Positions 39,138-52,305 of a stretch of DNA of 64,000 bases are shown here, one piece after another. The notes under the pieces were generated by a model. The model was not told where the DNA came from. It searched no databases and was given only the letters and a program-made list of their open reading frames with translations. A program made the position numbers and the translations under genes. Source of the stretch: TPA_inf: Saccharomyces (Eukaryota); assembly GCA_000146045.2 (NCBI GenBank), contig BK006943.2, forward strand, positions 384,001-448,000, read 5' to 3'. Position 1 is the first letter of the stretch; each line of letters begins with the position of its first letter.

Positions 39138-40109
39138 CTATGCATGTCTTGTAGAACTATTTATGCTGGACTCGCCATTAATTAGCTCCAGTGAAAGTAC
39201 ATATCTTCTTTCTTGGACATTATTATCTCTAGTAATAGTGATATAAGGATCGGCATTCAACAGGTGATCTGGTATTTGCGGCAATCCAGATTCTGGTCCT
39301 GCGTTTTTTTTCAGTTCCATAAACCTTTCAACGCCAATCGGCAGCAAATCAGCCGGTAAATGACGTTGTAGATCGCACATATCGAATGAATTGATGTAAA
39401 AATTGACTATATCAAAATAAGCTTCATTTACGGATTTCTCGTCTGTTTCAAATAAAGAATACCTTTTACTTGACCAATTCTTATTATCTAGTAATTCATA
39501 TGCTATTTTCAAAATGGCCAATGCAATGGAATGTTGGGGTATGACTAAAATAGTTTCTAGCTTCAAAGCATCATAAGCAATTACCCAAGCCAGATTGCAC
39601 AACTTATAATCAAAGGATAGCTCCCTACCAATTTTTATAACATATTCATCAATATGAACGTAATTGTTGACTCTATAATCGAATGAGCATGACTCTAATA
39701 TCCGAAGTTCTATTTGAAATACCCTTTTTTTAAAATTTTCCAAAATGTCCGTATTGATTTTAACCACATTCCTCAATCGTAATGACAAAGTACATATATC
39801 ATTTGTTTTTTTAATTGTCTCAACTTCTTTACAGCCCAAAGTCAGGCAGCTTGTCGCTACAGTGTAGCAAACCTCGGTCTCGAAGCGATTAAAGAGGTGG
39901 TATCTTTGGTAAAAGTATACTGCTGTTTCTAAAGTCTTCCGTGGAAATTTCAGCTGAACACACAAGTCACTTAGAAATTTGAACACGGCAAGTTTTTTCT
40001 GGTTGTAATTTCGATAGTCCGATATTGTATTCTTTTGGGCTCTTTGAATTTGCCTTTTAGACAGAAACGGTCTCGAAAAAAAAAGCTGGGATTCAAACGT
40101 GCTAGGCAT
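39138..40109 (-). CDS. CTK2: CTDK-I cyclin-like subunit Ctk2 (323 aa)
   Basis: MPSTFESQLFFSRPFLSKRQIQRAQKNTISDYRNYNQKKLAVFKF, cyclin fold. Confidence 0.88.
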   Translation of the reverse strand: MPSTFESQLFFSRPFLSKRQIQRAQKNTISDYRNYNQKKLAVFKFLSDLCVQLKFPRKTLETAVYFYQRYHLFNRFETEVCYTVATSCLTLGCKEVETIKKTNDICTLSLRLRNVVKINTDILENFKKRVFQIELRILESCSFDYRVNNYVHIDEYVIKIGRELSFDYKLCNLAWVIAYDALKLETILVIPQHSIALAILKIAYELLDNKNWSSKRYSLFETDEKSVNEAYFDIVNFYINSFDMCDLQRHLPADLLPIGVERFMELKKNAGPESGLPQIPDHLLNADPYITITRDNNVQERRYVLSLELINGESSINSSTRHA

Positions 40110-40431
40110 ATCAAAGTACGTAATTTTCTTAGTTTTGCTGGCTCTATATCTCCTCTCGCTCTATAGATACAGATATATATATATATATATATATATCTAT
40201 GTGTATAAAGACGGCTTTCAGGACAGTACTTGTTTGGATTTTTGATCATCGCGGATTTTCGCAATGCAAGTATAAAGAGAGCATTACCCGCCACACAGTG
40301 ATTCTTCAGCAAGTTGTACCGAAAAGGACCATTTAGGTACGTGGGATCGCAAAGGTTCCCAAACGGTGTGCATCAAGCCGTAGACTTCATGAGTGCTTTC
40401 GGTGCAGCAAAAAGATAAGGACAAAAAATAC

Positions 40432-40515
40432 TGAAGGATGCGAGGTTCGAACTCGCGCGGACAACCGTCCAACAGATCTTAAGTCTGCCGCCTTAGACCA
40501 CTCGGCCAACCCTCC
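40432..40515 (-). tRNA. tL(UAA): tRNA-Leu (UAA), 84 nt with a long variable arm
   Basis: Reverse complement is GGAGGGTTGGCCGAGTGGTCTAAGGCGGCAGACTTAAGATCTGTTGGACGGTTGTCCGCGCGAGTTCGAACCTCGCATCCTTCA. The acceptor stem pairs with G-U wobbles. Confidence 0.9.
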
Positions 40516-41156
40516 ATCTTATTTAAAAATCCTAGGAAATAGATGTTATATAAGTCATACATCATTGAAAACATCAAATACCGTTCCCTGCGTTGTTCTA
40601 CAGAAAAGCGCATTAGAGTAGGTCATACCCTTTAAAAAATGATTTTGTAAATGCCAGAAAGTAAACAAATATGCATTTCGCCTAGCTCCCAATGTAAATA
40701 GCCATAAAAAAGGATAAAATGCCAGATTTAGAGTCAGTTCTCGTTCTTCTTCTTCTCTGTGTTCAATTGTTCAATTGCATTGTTAATCACTGAAATTCTA
40801 TGTTTCAAATTGGAATGGCAGACTGAACTGAGACCTTCCTTACTTTCTCCTCTATCAAACCTAAATATTCAATCATAACCTTATTTTTTCACTTCCTTTT
40901 TCTTACTTTTTTTTTTTTTTTTTTTTTGTATTTTGGAAGGAAAGCAGGGGGGACTTACCATAAGAAAAGCGACTCTAAAAAAGTGTATTTTCTTCCAAAG
41001 TTCAGTAAAGACAGCTGGGAAGTATAGTAACAGAGGAGAGAAAGCATAAGGAGACCTCTTGCTGCAGTTCACAACCAAAAATAGCATATCTTTACTATTG
41101 TCGCTAACCATTGCGAAACGAGCTAAAGCAACAGCAAACGAAATCCCTAGGTCGAA

Positions 41157-44100
41157 ATGTCATCAAAACCTGATACTGGTTCGGAAATTTCTGGCCCTCA
41201 GCGACAGGAAGAACAAGAACAACAGATAGAGCAGAGCTCACCTACGGAAGCAAACGATAGAAGCATTCATGATGAGGTACCAAAAGTCAAGAAGCGTCAC
41301 GAACAAAATAGTGGTCACAAATCAAGAAGGAATAGCGCATATAGTTATTACAGCCCACGGTCGCTTTCTATGACCAAAAGCAGGGAGAGTATCACTCCAA
41401 ATGGTATGGATGATGTAAGTATTTCGAACGTGGAACATCCAAGGCCGACAGAACCGAAAATCAAAAGGGGTCCATATTTACTGAAGAAAACATTGAGCAG
41501 TCTTTCAATGACGAGCGCGAATAGTACTCATGATGATAATAAAGACCACGGTTACGCTTTGAATTCATCCAAGACGCACAACTACACATCTACTCATAAC
41601 CATCATGACGGTCATCATGATCATCATCATGTTCAGTTTTTTCCCAATAGGAAGCCATCATTAGCGGAAACCCTATTCAAAAGGTTTTCAGGGTCAAACA
41701 GTCACGATGGCAATAAGTCAGGAAAGGAAAGTAAAGTTGCTAACCTTTCCCTTTCAACGGTAAATCCTGCACCTGCTAATAGGAAACCTTCTAAAGACTC
41801 CACTTTATCTAATCACTTGGCTGATAACGTGCCAAGCACTTTACGAAGGAAAGTGTCCTCATTGGTACGTGGTTCTTCCGTCCATGATATAAATAATGGT
41901 ATTGCAGATAAACAGATTAGACCAAAGGCTGTTGCGCAATCAGAAAATACATTACATTCATCCGATGTTCCCAATAGCAAACGCTCGCACAGAAAAAGCT
42001 TTCTGCTAGGCTCCACATCTTCTTCAAGCAGTAGAAGAGGTTCAAATGTCAGTTCAATGACTAACAGTGACAGTGCAAGTATGGCGACGTCGGGTAGTCA
42101 TGTTCTCCAACATAACGTATCTAATGTTTCTCCAACTACTAAAAGTAAGGACAGCGTTAACAGCGAATCCGCCGATCACACTAATAATAAATCCGAGAAA
42201 GTGACTCCAGAATATAATGAGAACATTCCGGAAAATTCTAACTCTGACAACAAACGCGAAGCCACAACGCCTACTATAGAAACACCCATTTCATGTAAAC
42301 CATCCCTTTTCAGGCTAGATACAAACCTTGAGGATGTTACTGATATTACAAAGACGGTGCCACCCACCGCTGTCAATTCTACACTAAATTCTACACACGG
42401 GACTGAGACTGCCTCACCCAAAACGGTGATCATGCCTGAAGGTCCTAGGAAGTCGGTGTCAATGGCTGATCTCTCCGTCGCTGCCGCAGCACCTAATGGT
42501 GAATTCACATCAACTTCCAATGATAGATCACAATGGGTAGCACCTCAAAGCTGGGATGTGGAAACCAAAAGGAAAAAAACAAAACCTAAAGGGAGATCGA
42601 AATCAAGAAGGTCAAGTATAGATGCTGATGAACTTGATCCCATGTCACCGGGGCCACCTTCAAAAAAAGACTCTCGTCATCATCACGATCGAAAGGATAA
42701 CGAATCAATGGTCACTGCGGGTGACAGTAACTCAAGTTTTGTTGATATATGTAAAGAAAACGTTCCGAATGATAGCAAGACCGCACTCGATACTAAATCT
42801 GTGAACCGCTTAAAAAGTAATTTGGCTATGAGTCCCCCAAGTATACGATATGCTCCATCAAATTTAGATGGGGACTACGACACGTCTTCCACTTCCTCAT
42901 CTTTACCGTCCTCATCTATTAGTTCAGAAGATACATCTTCCTGCAGCGATTCCTCTTCGTACACTAACGCGTATATGGAGGCCAACCGAGAGCAGGATAA
43001 TAAAACACCGATCCTGAATAAAACGAAATCGTATACCAAGAAATTTACATCCTCTTCGGTAAATATGAATTCACCAGATGGTGCCCAGAGTTCTGGATTA
43101 TTACTACAAGATGAGAAGGACGATGAGGTCGAGTGCCAACTGGAACATTACTATAAAGATTTCAGTGATTTAGATCCAAAGAGGCACTATGCTATTCGTA
43201 TATTCAATACTGATGACACTTTTACGACTCTCTCATGTACTCCAGCGACTACCGTCGAAGAGATAATACCTGCACTTAAAAGAAAATTTAACATTACAGC
43301 GCAAGGGAATTTTCAAATTTCCCTGAAGGTGGGAAAGTTGTCAAAAATTTTGAGACCAACTTCGAAACCTATTTTAATTGAAAGAAAACTTTTACTTTTG
43401 AATGGTTATCGAAAGTCAGACCCACTTCATATTATGGGTATAGAGGATTTAAGTTTTGTTTTTAAGTTTCTTTTCCATCCTGTCACACCTTCTCACTTTA
43501 CTCCTGAACAAGAACAAAGAATAATGAGAAGCGAATTTGTTCACGTAGATTTAAGGAATATGGATCTGACTACACCTCCCATCATTTTTTACCAGCATAC
43601 GTCAGAAATAGAAAGTTTAGACGTTTCTAATAACGCAAATATATTCCTACCTCTGGAGTTCATTGAAAGCTCGATTAAATTATTAAGTTTGAGAATGGTT
43701 AATATTAGAGCATCTAAATTTCCTTCCAATATCACTAAGGCGTATAAACTAGTATCTTTGGAATTACAGAGAAACTTCATAAGAAAAGTACCGAACTCAA
43801 TCATGAAACTGAGTAATTTAACGATATTAAACCTTCAATGTAATGAGCTTGAAAGCCTACCGGCTGGATTTGTTGAACTGAAAAATCTGCAATTGCTAGA
43901 CTTGTCTTCAAACAAGTTCATGCACTACCCAGAAGTTATTAACTACTGCACCAATCTTTTACAAATAGACCTATCATATAATAAAATCCAAAGCTTACCA
44001 CAGTCCACTAAGTACCTAGTAAAGCTTGCGAAGATGAACCTTTCTCATAACAAACTAAATTTTATAGGCGACTTATCGGAAATGACAGATTTGAGGACGC

Positions 44101-47100
44101 TGAACCTAAGATATAACAGAATATCATCAATTAAGACAAATGCGTCTAACTTGCAGAACCTTTTTTTAACAGATAATAGAATTTCGAACTTTGAAGACAC
44201 TTTGCCGAAACTAAGAGCCCTTGAAATTCAAGAGAATCCAATCACTTCTATATCCTTCAAAGATTTTTATCCAAAAAACATGACAAGTTTGACGTTGAAC
44301 AAGGCACAGTTATCGAGTATTCCTGGAGAATTACTCACCAAACTATCTTTCCTCGAGAAACTTGAACTTAATCAGAATAATTTGACTAGACTGCCACAGG
44401 AGATATCCAAGTTGACTAAATTAGTTTTCCTTTCAGTGGCGAGAAACAAACTAGAGTATATTCCACCCGAGCTATCTCAACTGAAAAGTTTGAGGACATT
44501 AGATCTACATTCTAACAACATAAGGGACTTTGTTGACGGTATGGAAAACCTTGAACTAACATCGCTAAATATTTCATCGAATGCATTCGGTAACTCTAGC
44601 TTAGAAAATTCTTTTTACCATAACATGTCATATGGGTCAAAGTTATCTAAAAGCCTGATGTTTTTTATTGCTGCAGACAATCAATTTGATGATGCTATGT
44701 GGCCTCTTTTCAATTGCTTTGTCAATCTGAAAGTGCTAAATCTTTCTTACAACAATTTTTCAGATGTATCGCACATGAAACTTGAGAGCATTACCGAATT
44801 GTACCTCTCCGGTAATAAGCTCACGACATTGTCGGGTGATACAGTTTTGAAATGGAGCTCTTTAAAGACTTTAATGTTGAATAGTAACCAAATGTTATCT
44901 CTGCCTGCAGAATTATCAAATCTCTCACAGCTAAGTGTATTTGATGTTGGAGCAAATCAATTAAAGTATAATATATCAAACTATCATTACGATTGGAACT
45001 GGAGGAATAATAAAGAACTAAAATATTTGAATTTTTCAGGAAATCGAAGGTTTGAAATAAAGTCATTTATAAGTCACGATATTGATGCTGATTTGTCAGA
45101 TCTGACAGTATTACCTCAGTTAAAGGTACTAGGTTTAATGGACGTAACTTTAAATACTACCAAAGTACCGGATGAAAATGTCAATTTCCGTTTAAGGACA
45201 ACTGCATCAATAATAAATGGGATGCGCTACGGTGTTGCTGATACATTAGGTCAAAGAGACTATGTGTCATCTCGTGATGTTACCTTTGAAAGATTCCGCG
45301 GAAATGACGACGAATGCTTACTATGTCTTCATGATAGTAAAAACCAAAATGCAGATTATGGCCACAATATATCAAGAATTGTTAGAGATATTTACGATAA
45401 AATACTGATCAGACAACTGGAAAGGTATGGAGACGAAACAGATGATAATATAAAAACTGCACTTCGTTTCAGTTTTTTGCAACTGAATAAGGAGATTAAC
45501 GGAATGCTAAATTCTGTTGATAATGGTGCCGATGTTGCCAATCTTTCATATGCAGACTTGCTAAGTGGCGCTTGCTCTACTGTGATATATATCAGAGGGA
45601 AGAAACTCTTCGCTGCAAATTTAGGTGACTGTATGGCTATTTTATCCAAAAACAATGGTGACTACCAAACGCTAACCAAACAACATCTCCCAACAAAGCG
45701 GGAAGAATACGAGAGGATCAGAATATCTGGCGGGTATGTCAACAATGGAAAATTAGATGGTGTTGTAGATGTGTCTAGAGCAGTGGGTTTTTTTGATTTG
45801 CTTCCCCACATTCATGCTTCTCCCGACATATCTGTCGTGACATTAACAAAAGCAGACGAGATGCTTATTGTAGCAACGCATAAGTTATGGGAATACATGG
45901 ACGTGGATACAGTTTGTGATATCGCGCGTGAGAATAGTACTGATCCACTCCGTGCCGCAGCTGAGTTGAAGGATCATGCCATGGCTTACGGCTGTACAGA
46001 GAATATTACAATTTTGTGCCTTGCTCTTTACGAGAACATTCAGCAACAAAATCGGTTCACTTTAAATAAAAACTCTTTAATGACTAGAAGAAGTACTTTC
46101 GAGGATACTACATTAAGAAGACTTCAACCTGAGATTTCTCCGCCAACAGGTAACCTAGCAATGGTCTTCACTGATATCAAAAGCTCAACCTTCTTATGGG
46201 AGCTATTCCCTAACGCAATGAGGACCGCAATAAAAACTCACAATGACATTATGCGTCGTCAACTACGAATTTACGGTGGTTACGAAGTAAAGACAGAAGG
46301 AGACGCCTTTATGGTGGCATTTCCTACGCCAACTAGTGGTCTGACATGGTGCTTAAGTGTTCAATTAAAACTCTTGGATGCACAATGGCCGGAGGAAATT
46401 ACCTCAGTTCAAGACGGCTGCCAAGTTACGGATAGAAATGGTAACATTATCTATCAAGGCCTATCAGTTAGAATGGGTATTCATTGGGGCTGCCCAGTTC
46501 CAGAGCTTGATTTAGTGACTCAAAGAATGGACTATTTGGGGCCGATGGTCAATAAGGCAGCAAGGGTCCAGGGCGTCGCTGACGGTGGTCAGATTGCAAT
46601 GAGTAGTGATTTTTACTCTGAATTCAACAAGATAATGAAGTATCATGAGCGAGTAGTGAAGGGCAAGGAATCTCTCAAGGAAGTTTATGGTGAAGAAATT
46701 ATCGGAGAGGTTCTTGAAAGAGAAATTGCCATGCTGGAAAGTATTGGTTGGGCATTTTTTGACTTTGGCGAGCATAAGCTAAAGGGACTCGAAACCAAAG
46801 AACTCGTTACTATTGCGTATCCTAAGATTCTTGCTTCCAGACACGAATTTGCATCTGAAGATGAGCAGTCAAAATTAATCAATGAAACGATGTTGTTTCG
46901 TTTAAGAGTCATTTCAAACAGACTGGAATCTATAATGTCAGCTTTAAGCGGCGGATTTATTGAACTAGACTCTCGGACGGAGGGAAGTTATATTAAATTT
47001 AACCCTAAAGTTGAAAATGGTATTATGCAATCGATTTCTGAGAAGGATGCGTTGTTATTTTTTGATCATGTAATTACTAGAATCGAATCCAGTGTGGCAT

Positions 47101-47237
47101 TATTACATTTACGACAACAGAGGTGTTCAGGACTGGAAATTTGCAGAAACGATAAAACATCTGCTCGAAGCAATATTTTCAATGTTGTTGACGAACTTTT
47201 ACAAATGGTTAAGAACGCAAAGGATTTATCAACTTGA
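41157..47237 (+). CDS. CYR1: Adenylate cyclase Cyr1 (2026 aa)
   Basis: Ser/Asn/His-rich N-terminus, RA domain, long LRR array (LxxLxLxxNxL repeats, about 43600-45150), PP2C-like domain, class III cyclase catalytic domain ([12 protein letters not shown]...GDAFMVAF), C-terminal CAP-binding region. Confidence 0.95.
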
Positions 47238-47588
47238 GTTCTGTTCGTAAATTATGTACCACCCTGTTACTCGTTTCATATTCACGCTAGAGAAGTACCT
47301 CAGCTTACTAGATCCATTCACACATTGCAAGTATACTAAAACTATATAAAATTTAAGTACGTAAACTCTTTACTTATTATTATCTTCAATGTCATCACGT
47401 ACTTAATTATGTTAAATATAGATTGTGTATAAATAAGAAATAGGATCTGTTTTGAAAAATTGGCCAAAAAGGCAGATTTATTAAGCCTATAGAGATAAGG
47501 TTCTTGCCATTTTTCATACATTTACTGTTTTCTCTTGAATGACTATAATATTGCCAAAATTGCCTCGAATATGTTGTTTCATCTCCTC

Positions 47589-48200
47589 TCATATTTGGCT
47601 TTCTAAGTCTTTTAGTTGTATTGGTGATTGCTCCAATTCTGAATGATTACTATGCTGCTGACTAGGCGTAACCAATCCAACTTCTCCTTCATTAGGATCA
47701 ACCAAGCCCTCAAAAAAGGTGTCTCTAAGCTCTCTCCATCTTGTTGTCCATGTCCCCAAAAATATTAGTATTAAAGATGATAAAATTTGAAGAAAAAACC
47801 AAGAAAAAGAAGGAAATTTCCGAGTATAGAGGAACACCACAATAAAATTGATGGCATGTATAGTGATAGCAAAATCCCATGCGAGTTTACTCCGTCCAAC
47901 GATAACAGTTAAGAAAAAAACACATATTAATGAATCCAGAAGCCATAACAGTGAGATTGATAAACCGTATGCGTTCGTAAAGTCGATATTCTCCCAAGAA
48001 AACAGCCATTCCTTGATATTGAGATCATATCCCGCTAGCTTCGCCCAACAATAAAAAAGAACGATCGCTGTGGTGTAATAAAAAATCTGTAAAAGAACAA
48101 TTTGAAGTCCAATCTTACTTGGAGAGAGAGAATCTTGTTTGAAGATCTGGGAAGGTTTCAACTCATTCGGCACTCGCAAATACCTTCTTATCGAAACCAT
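47589..48200 (-). CDS. SYS1: Golgi membrane protein Sys1 (203 aa)
   Basis: True ATG at 48200 (MVSIRRYLRVPNELK). The track ORF starts at a TTG at 48215. Four TM helices. Confidence 0.85.
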   Translation of the reverse strand: MVSIRRYLRVPNELKPSQIFKQDSLSPSKIGLQIVLLQIFYYTTAIVLFYCWAKLAGYDLNIKEWLFSWENIDFTNAYGLSISLLWLLDSLICVFFLTVIVGRSKLAWDFAITIHAINFIVVFLYTRKFPSFSWFFLQILSSLILIFLGTWTTRWRELRDTFFEGLVDPNEGEVGLVTPSQQHSNHSELEQSPIQLKDLESQI

Positions 48201-48643
48201 GTTACAGTAATTCAAATGCCTATTTTTTATCTCACTTCTATGTGTACCCTTCCTTAGCCTTCCTAAAGATCATCTCTTAACATGAAGTTACAGAATATTA
48301 CCGTGAATATCGCGAGCTACGAATATTTTGGGTGGGGAGATATTTATTCATGATTAGCCTTGTCCTATAGTGTTACAATGGAGCAAATTGTTCACCGTTA
48401 GTATTTTGAATACGACAATATTAAATGAATAATAGCGCCTATCTCTTGTTACGTTTGGCGATTTGTATACCTTGTTAAATAAACTGATTAAAAGCCGGGT
48501 TATGGCCGTACACAAGTTATTAGAAAGCAAATACACTTCCTTATATCTGGTCACCTAGTTAATAAAAGGAAGTCTTTAATTTTGGCAAAAACCACTATAT
48601 ATATTAGTCAACAACTGAAATATTACCAGAATTTGTCTCCTAA

Positions 48644-49000
48644 ATGTCGTTCAGCGGAAAAAAATTTAGGTCTAGAAGACAGCAGCTAGTATATGAAGCA
48701 TCTTTAGCGGGGCGATACAAAAAAGCATTGAGTAAGCACCCCTTTCTTTTTTTTGGTTTACCATTTTGTGCAACAATAGTATTGGGTTCGTTTTGGTTGT
48801 CAAGCTTTACAGCGATCAAGTACGAGCAAGGCGATCGTAAAGTTCAGGAAATTAATGAAGAGGATATCTTGAAAATAAGGAAGAATCAAAGGGAATTTGA
48901 TATTAAAGAAGAATATTATCGTTTACAAGGTCTTTCTGAAGAGGATTGGGAGCCTGTGCGCGTCGCTAGGTTAAAGGATGAATCTGAGAATGTCTGGTAA
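48644..49000 (+). CDS. COX16: Cytochrome c oxidase assembly protein Cox16 (118 aa)
   Basis: MSFSGKKFRSRRQQLVYEASLAGRYKKALSKHPFLFFGLPF, 118 aa. Confidence 0.9.
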   Translation: MSFSGKKFRSRRQQLVYEASLAGRYKKALSKHPFLFFGLPFCATIVLGSFWLSSFTAIKYEQGDRKVQEINEEDILKIRKNQREFDIKEEYYRLQGLSEEDWEPVRVARLKDESENVW

Positions 49001-49220
49001 CATTCAAAACGTGAACATCTTTGTTATTCTTCTGTCCTTAAACTACTAAACAAAAAAAACTATGACCATTGATTGTGCAAAGAAAAGACCACGAGAATGT
49101 CTAGGAAATGATTGTAAATACCTTTATTCATTGGAAAATTCTTATCTATAAAACTTATAAAAAATTAAATACTGAATTTATTGCTCTGCATCATAAGGTA
49201 TATATCATTCAAACGTGAAC

Positions 49221-50651
49221 TCAGTTAGTTACGTTCATGTTCAAAGTTTTTAAGACAAAAACTCCCATTAGTGCGGTGAAAATATAGCAAGCAATAGACA
49301 GAGGCTTCTTGAAAAAAGAGCTTTTCGGGTAGTCGTACTTTATCAAGACTTGGCCATTGGCAACTTGACTAATCAAATTTCTGTAACTGAAAGTTAATTT
49401 AACGTGACCTTTATTTAGGTCAAAGTATGATTTCTGGGTTTCTATAGAAACATTTGTAAAAGGGACTGGAGAATCAATATCGAATATTTCGGCCCCTTCC
49501 GGAAGAAATACCGATAATTCAACATTATCATATACAGTGTCCGGTGGGCCGTTTAGAATTGGGATAGAAGCAACGAATTTCTCGTCTGAGCCAGAGGATA
49601 CATGCAAGAAATCGGACAATTTATTAGTCCAACCGACAGTAAAATTGTAGTTCCAACCTCCAAAGATTGGGAATCTTGGTCTTATAAAGAAATGGTCACG
49701 TTCTGCATGCGACGTGGAAACAAGGCCAACCAAATCAGTGAAATAATGATCAGTAGCTCCCTCAGGCAGGAGCATGTCTAAGACAGTAACAAAGTGAGTT
49801 TGTCTCATATTCTGAGTTTGAATCTGTTTCATTAATTCTAATCTTGAAAATCCTTTAGACAGTTTTGCGGCTTTGTTTGTTAATTCATAATATTCCTCAA
49901 ATTGTATTGTGGAAGCCCAATGAGAAAGCCAAATATCTCTTCTCAAATTCACTACCTGATTCAATGGGGCATTGTGGGAATAAACAATTGCTAAGGTTTC
50001 GTTTGAAGAAAATCTCGGAATATCTTCCCAAGGCCCAAACTCAAAAGAGTTTCCATTAGCTTTTCCCAGTAAACTCTCGTCATTTGGGGGGTGGTACTCC
50101 TCAAATGATGAGCTACCAATCAGCGTAAAAGAGGCCTTCTTGGTATCGTAAGCAGAAAGCGGCAATCTGTTCGTTTCCCACAATAGGTGTTGTTCTTCTG
50201 ACATTCCAACGTGCTCAGGATAAGGAATACCTACGGTATTATAGAAGCTCTTAATCACTAAAGAAACTTCTTCCTGAGGGGAAATTGCATTTGGAAATTG
50301 AATGATCCCGTATCTAATTTCACTTTCACCATCGTCACCAGGTGCTGTAGTCGAATTGGCAAGTAATTGGCTATTTAAAAAAGTTGCCTCGTTGGTAAAA
50401 TAGGCTGAAAAAAAGGAAACTTTACTGAAGATGCCACTCTCAAAGGCTGTGAAGTATTCAGTCGCAGGTTCGCTTGCTATGTTTTTGATAGTTATTTCGA
50501 TTGTTTCTGAAATATAAGCGTTTGACACGTCTATTGTCCTCTTATAATCAACATTCTCCCAAGTCGCAGGTGGCTCGTATTGGGCAGCAGAAGACACGTT
50601 GAAAAAACATAGGAACAATCCCACAATCCAAGAGAACCAAACCTGCCTCAT
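49221..50651 (-). CDS. OST1: Oligosaccharyltransferase subunit Ost1 (ribophorin I, 476 aa)
   Basis: Signal peptide [22 protein letters not shown], lumenal domain, C-terminal TM segment. Confidence 0.92.
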
Positions 50652-51044
50652 TTTTTCAGCACCAATATTTTGTAGTTTGCGTCTTGTTCCGAGCTAAAGA
50701 AGCAATCGGGTACTTGTCAAAGAAGTAGCTTGCTTAATAAAAAGCAAACATTAATTTGTTCTGCATACTTTGAACCTTTCAGAAAATAAAAAACATTACG
50801 CGCATACTTACCCTGCTCGCGAAGAAGAGTAACACTAACGCATTCTATGGGCAATTGAAGACAGTATTCAGTACAAGACATAGTCCGTTTCCTTGAGTCA
50901 ATTCCTATAGCATTATGAACTAGCCGCCTTTAAGAGTGCCAAGCTCTTCAACACCGATCATTTTTGATGATTTGGCGTTTTTGTTATATTGATAGATTTC
51001 TTTTGAATTTTGTCATTTTCACTTTTCCACTCGCAACGGAATCC

Positions 51045-51053
51045 GGTGGCAAA
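51045..51053. promoter_or_regulatory. PACE element GGTGGCAAA (Rpn4 site) about 110 bp upstream of PRE3
   Basis: Exact 9-mer ccGGTGGCAAAaa. The proteasome-associated control element is characteristic of proteasome subunit promoters. Confidence 0.7.
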
Positions 51054-51162
51054 AAAGGGAAAAGCATTGAAATGCAATCTTTAACAGTATTTTAAACAAG
51101 TTGCGAGACGGTGTACAATTACGATAAGAATTGCTACTTCAAAGTACACACAGAAAGTTAAC

Positions 51163-51926
51163 ATGAATGGAATTCAAGTGGACATCAATCGTTTGAAAAA
51201 GGGCGAAGTCAGTTTAGGTACCTCAATGTATGTATATAAGAATTTTTCCTCCCACTTTATTGTTTCTAAAAGTTCAATGAAGTAAAGTCTCAATTGGCCT
51301 TATTACTAACTAATAGGTATCTTATAATCACCTAATAAAATAGTATGGCCGTGACATTTAAGGATGGTGTGATACTAGGTGCTGATTCACGTACCACCAC
51401 TGGTGCGTACATAGCTAACCGTGTGACAGATAAATTAACGAGAGTACATGACAAAATTTGGTGTTGTAGGTCCGGTTCTGCAGCAGACACGCAGGCGATT
51501 GCCGACATTGTTCAGTACCATTTGGAATTATATACTTCTCAATATGGTACCCCCTCCACAGAGACTGCTGCCTCGGTGTTCAAAGAATTATGTTACGAAA
51601 ATAAAGATAACCTTACTGCTGGTATAATTGTGGCTGGTTATGATGACAAAAACAAAGGGGAAGTATATACTATTCCATTGGGTGGCTCCGTCCATAAGCT
51701 GCCTTATGCGATAGCAGGATCTGGCTCTACTTTCATATATGGGTATTGTGATAAAAACTTTAGAGAAAATATGTCAAAGGAAGAAACCGTAGATTTCATA
51801 AAGCATTCGCTATCGCAAGCCATTAAATGGGACGGATCTTCCGGTGGTGTTATAAGAATGGTTGTTTTGACAGCTGCTGGTGTGGAACGTTTGATATTCT
51901 ACCCTGATGAATATGAACAACTATAA
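51163..51926 (+). CDS. PRE3: 20S proteasome beta1 subunit Pre3; two exons: 51163..51227 and 51344..51926; 215 aa
   Basis: Exon 1 encodes MNGIQVDINRLKKGEVSLGTSI and is followed by GTATGT. The branch is TACTAAC at 51305-51311 and the acceptor is aaatag, ending at 51343. The track ORF 51345..51926 is exon 2 only. The Thr-protease motif GTT..GADSRTT lies at the splice junction. Confidence 0.88.
51228..51343 (+). other. PRE3: PRE3 intron (116 nt)
   Basis: Canonical GTATGT...TACTAAC...TAG signals. Confidence 0.85.
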
Positions 51927-52305
51927 TAGACCCCAAAAGAACAAATTCTGAGTGATTACTTCTCTTTATATTTGTTAACAAATGCCTCTGGATCTACACT
52001 GATATAACATATAATAGTCTATAACCTCTTTCTCTTTTTCTCTTCGCTTTACGCTTTTTTCTCTAACTGTTAGAACGACAAAGTATCTCAGAAGGGAATT
52101 TCGTAAGCAAGATATTTTACGACTAATCATTTTTTTGTTGTATAAAAACGTATGTGAGATTGATTCACTAATTCTTCGGAGTCCTGGAAGGCTTACCTTA
52201 TCTATGCATTCGTACAGTTGTGTGCAATGTTAAAAATGGTGACTGTATCTACGTATCTATAAAAAAAGGTTAACTACCGGAAAATCATTTCTTCTCGTAA
52301 AGTGT

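Noticed and set aside
40881-41111. 76-aa ORF ending in KKKKKKSKKKEVKK
   Set aside because: Translation of the poly(dT) promoter tract of CYR1 on the opposite strand. Not a gene.
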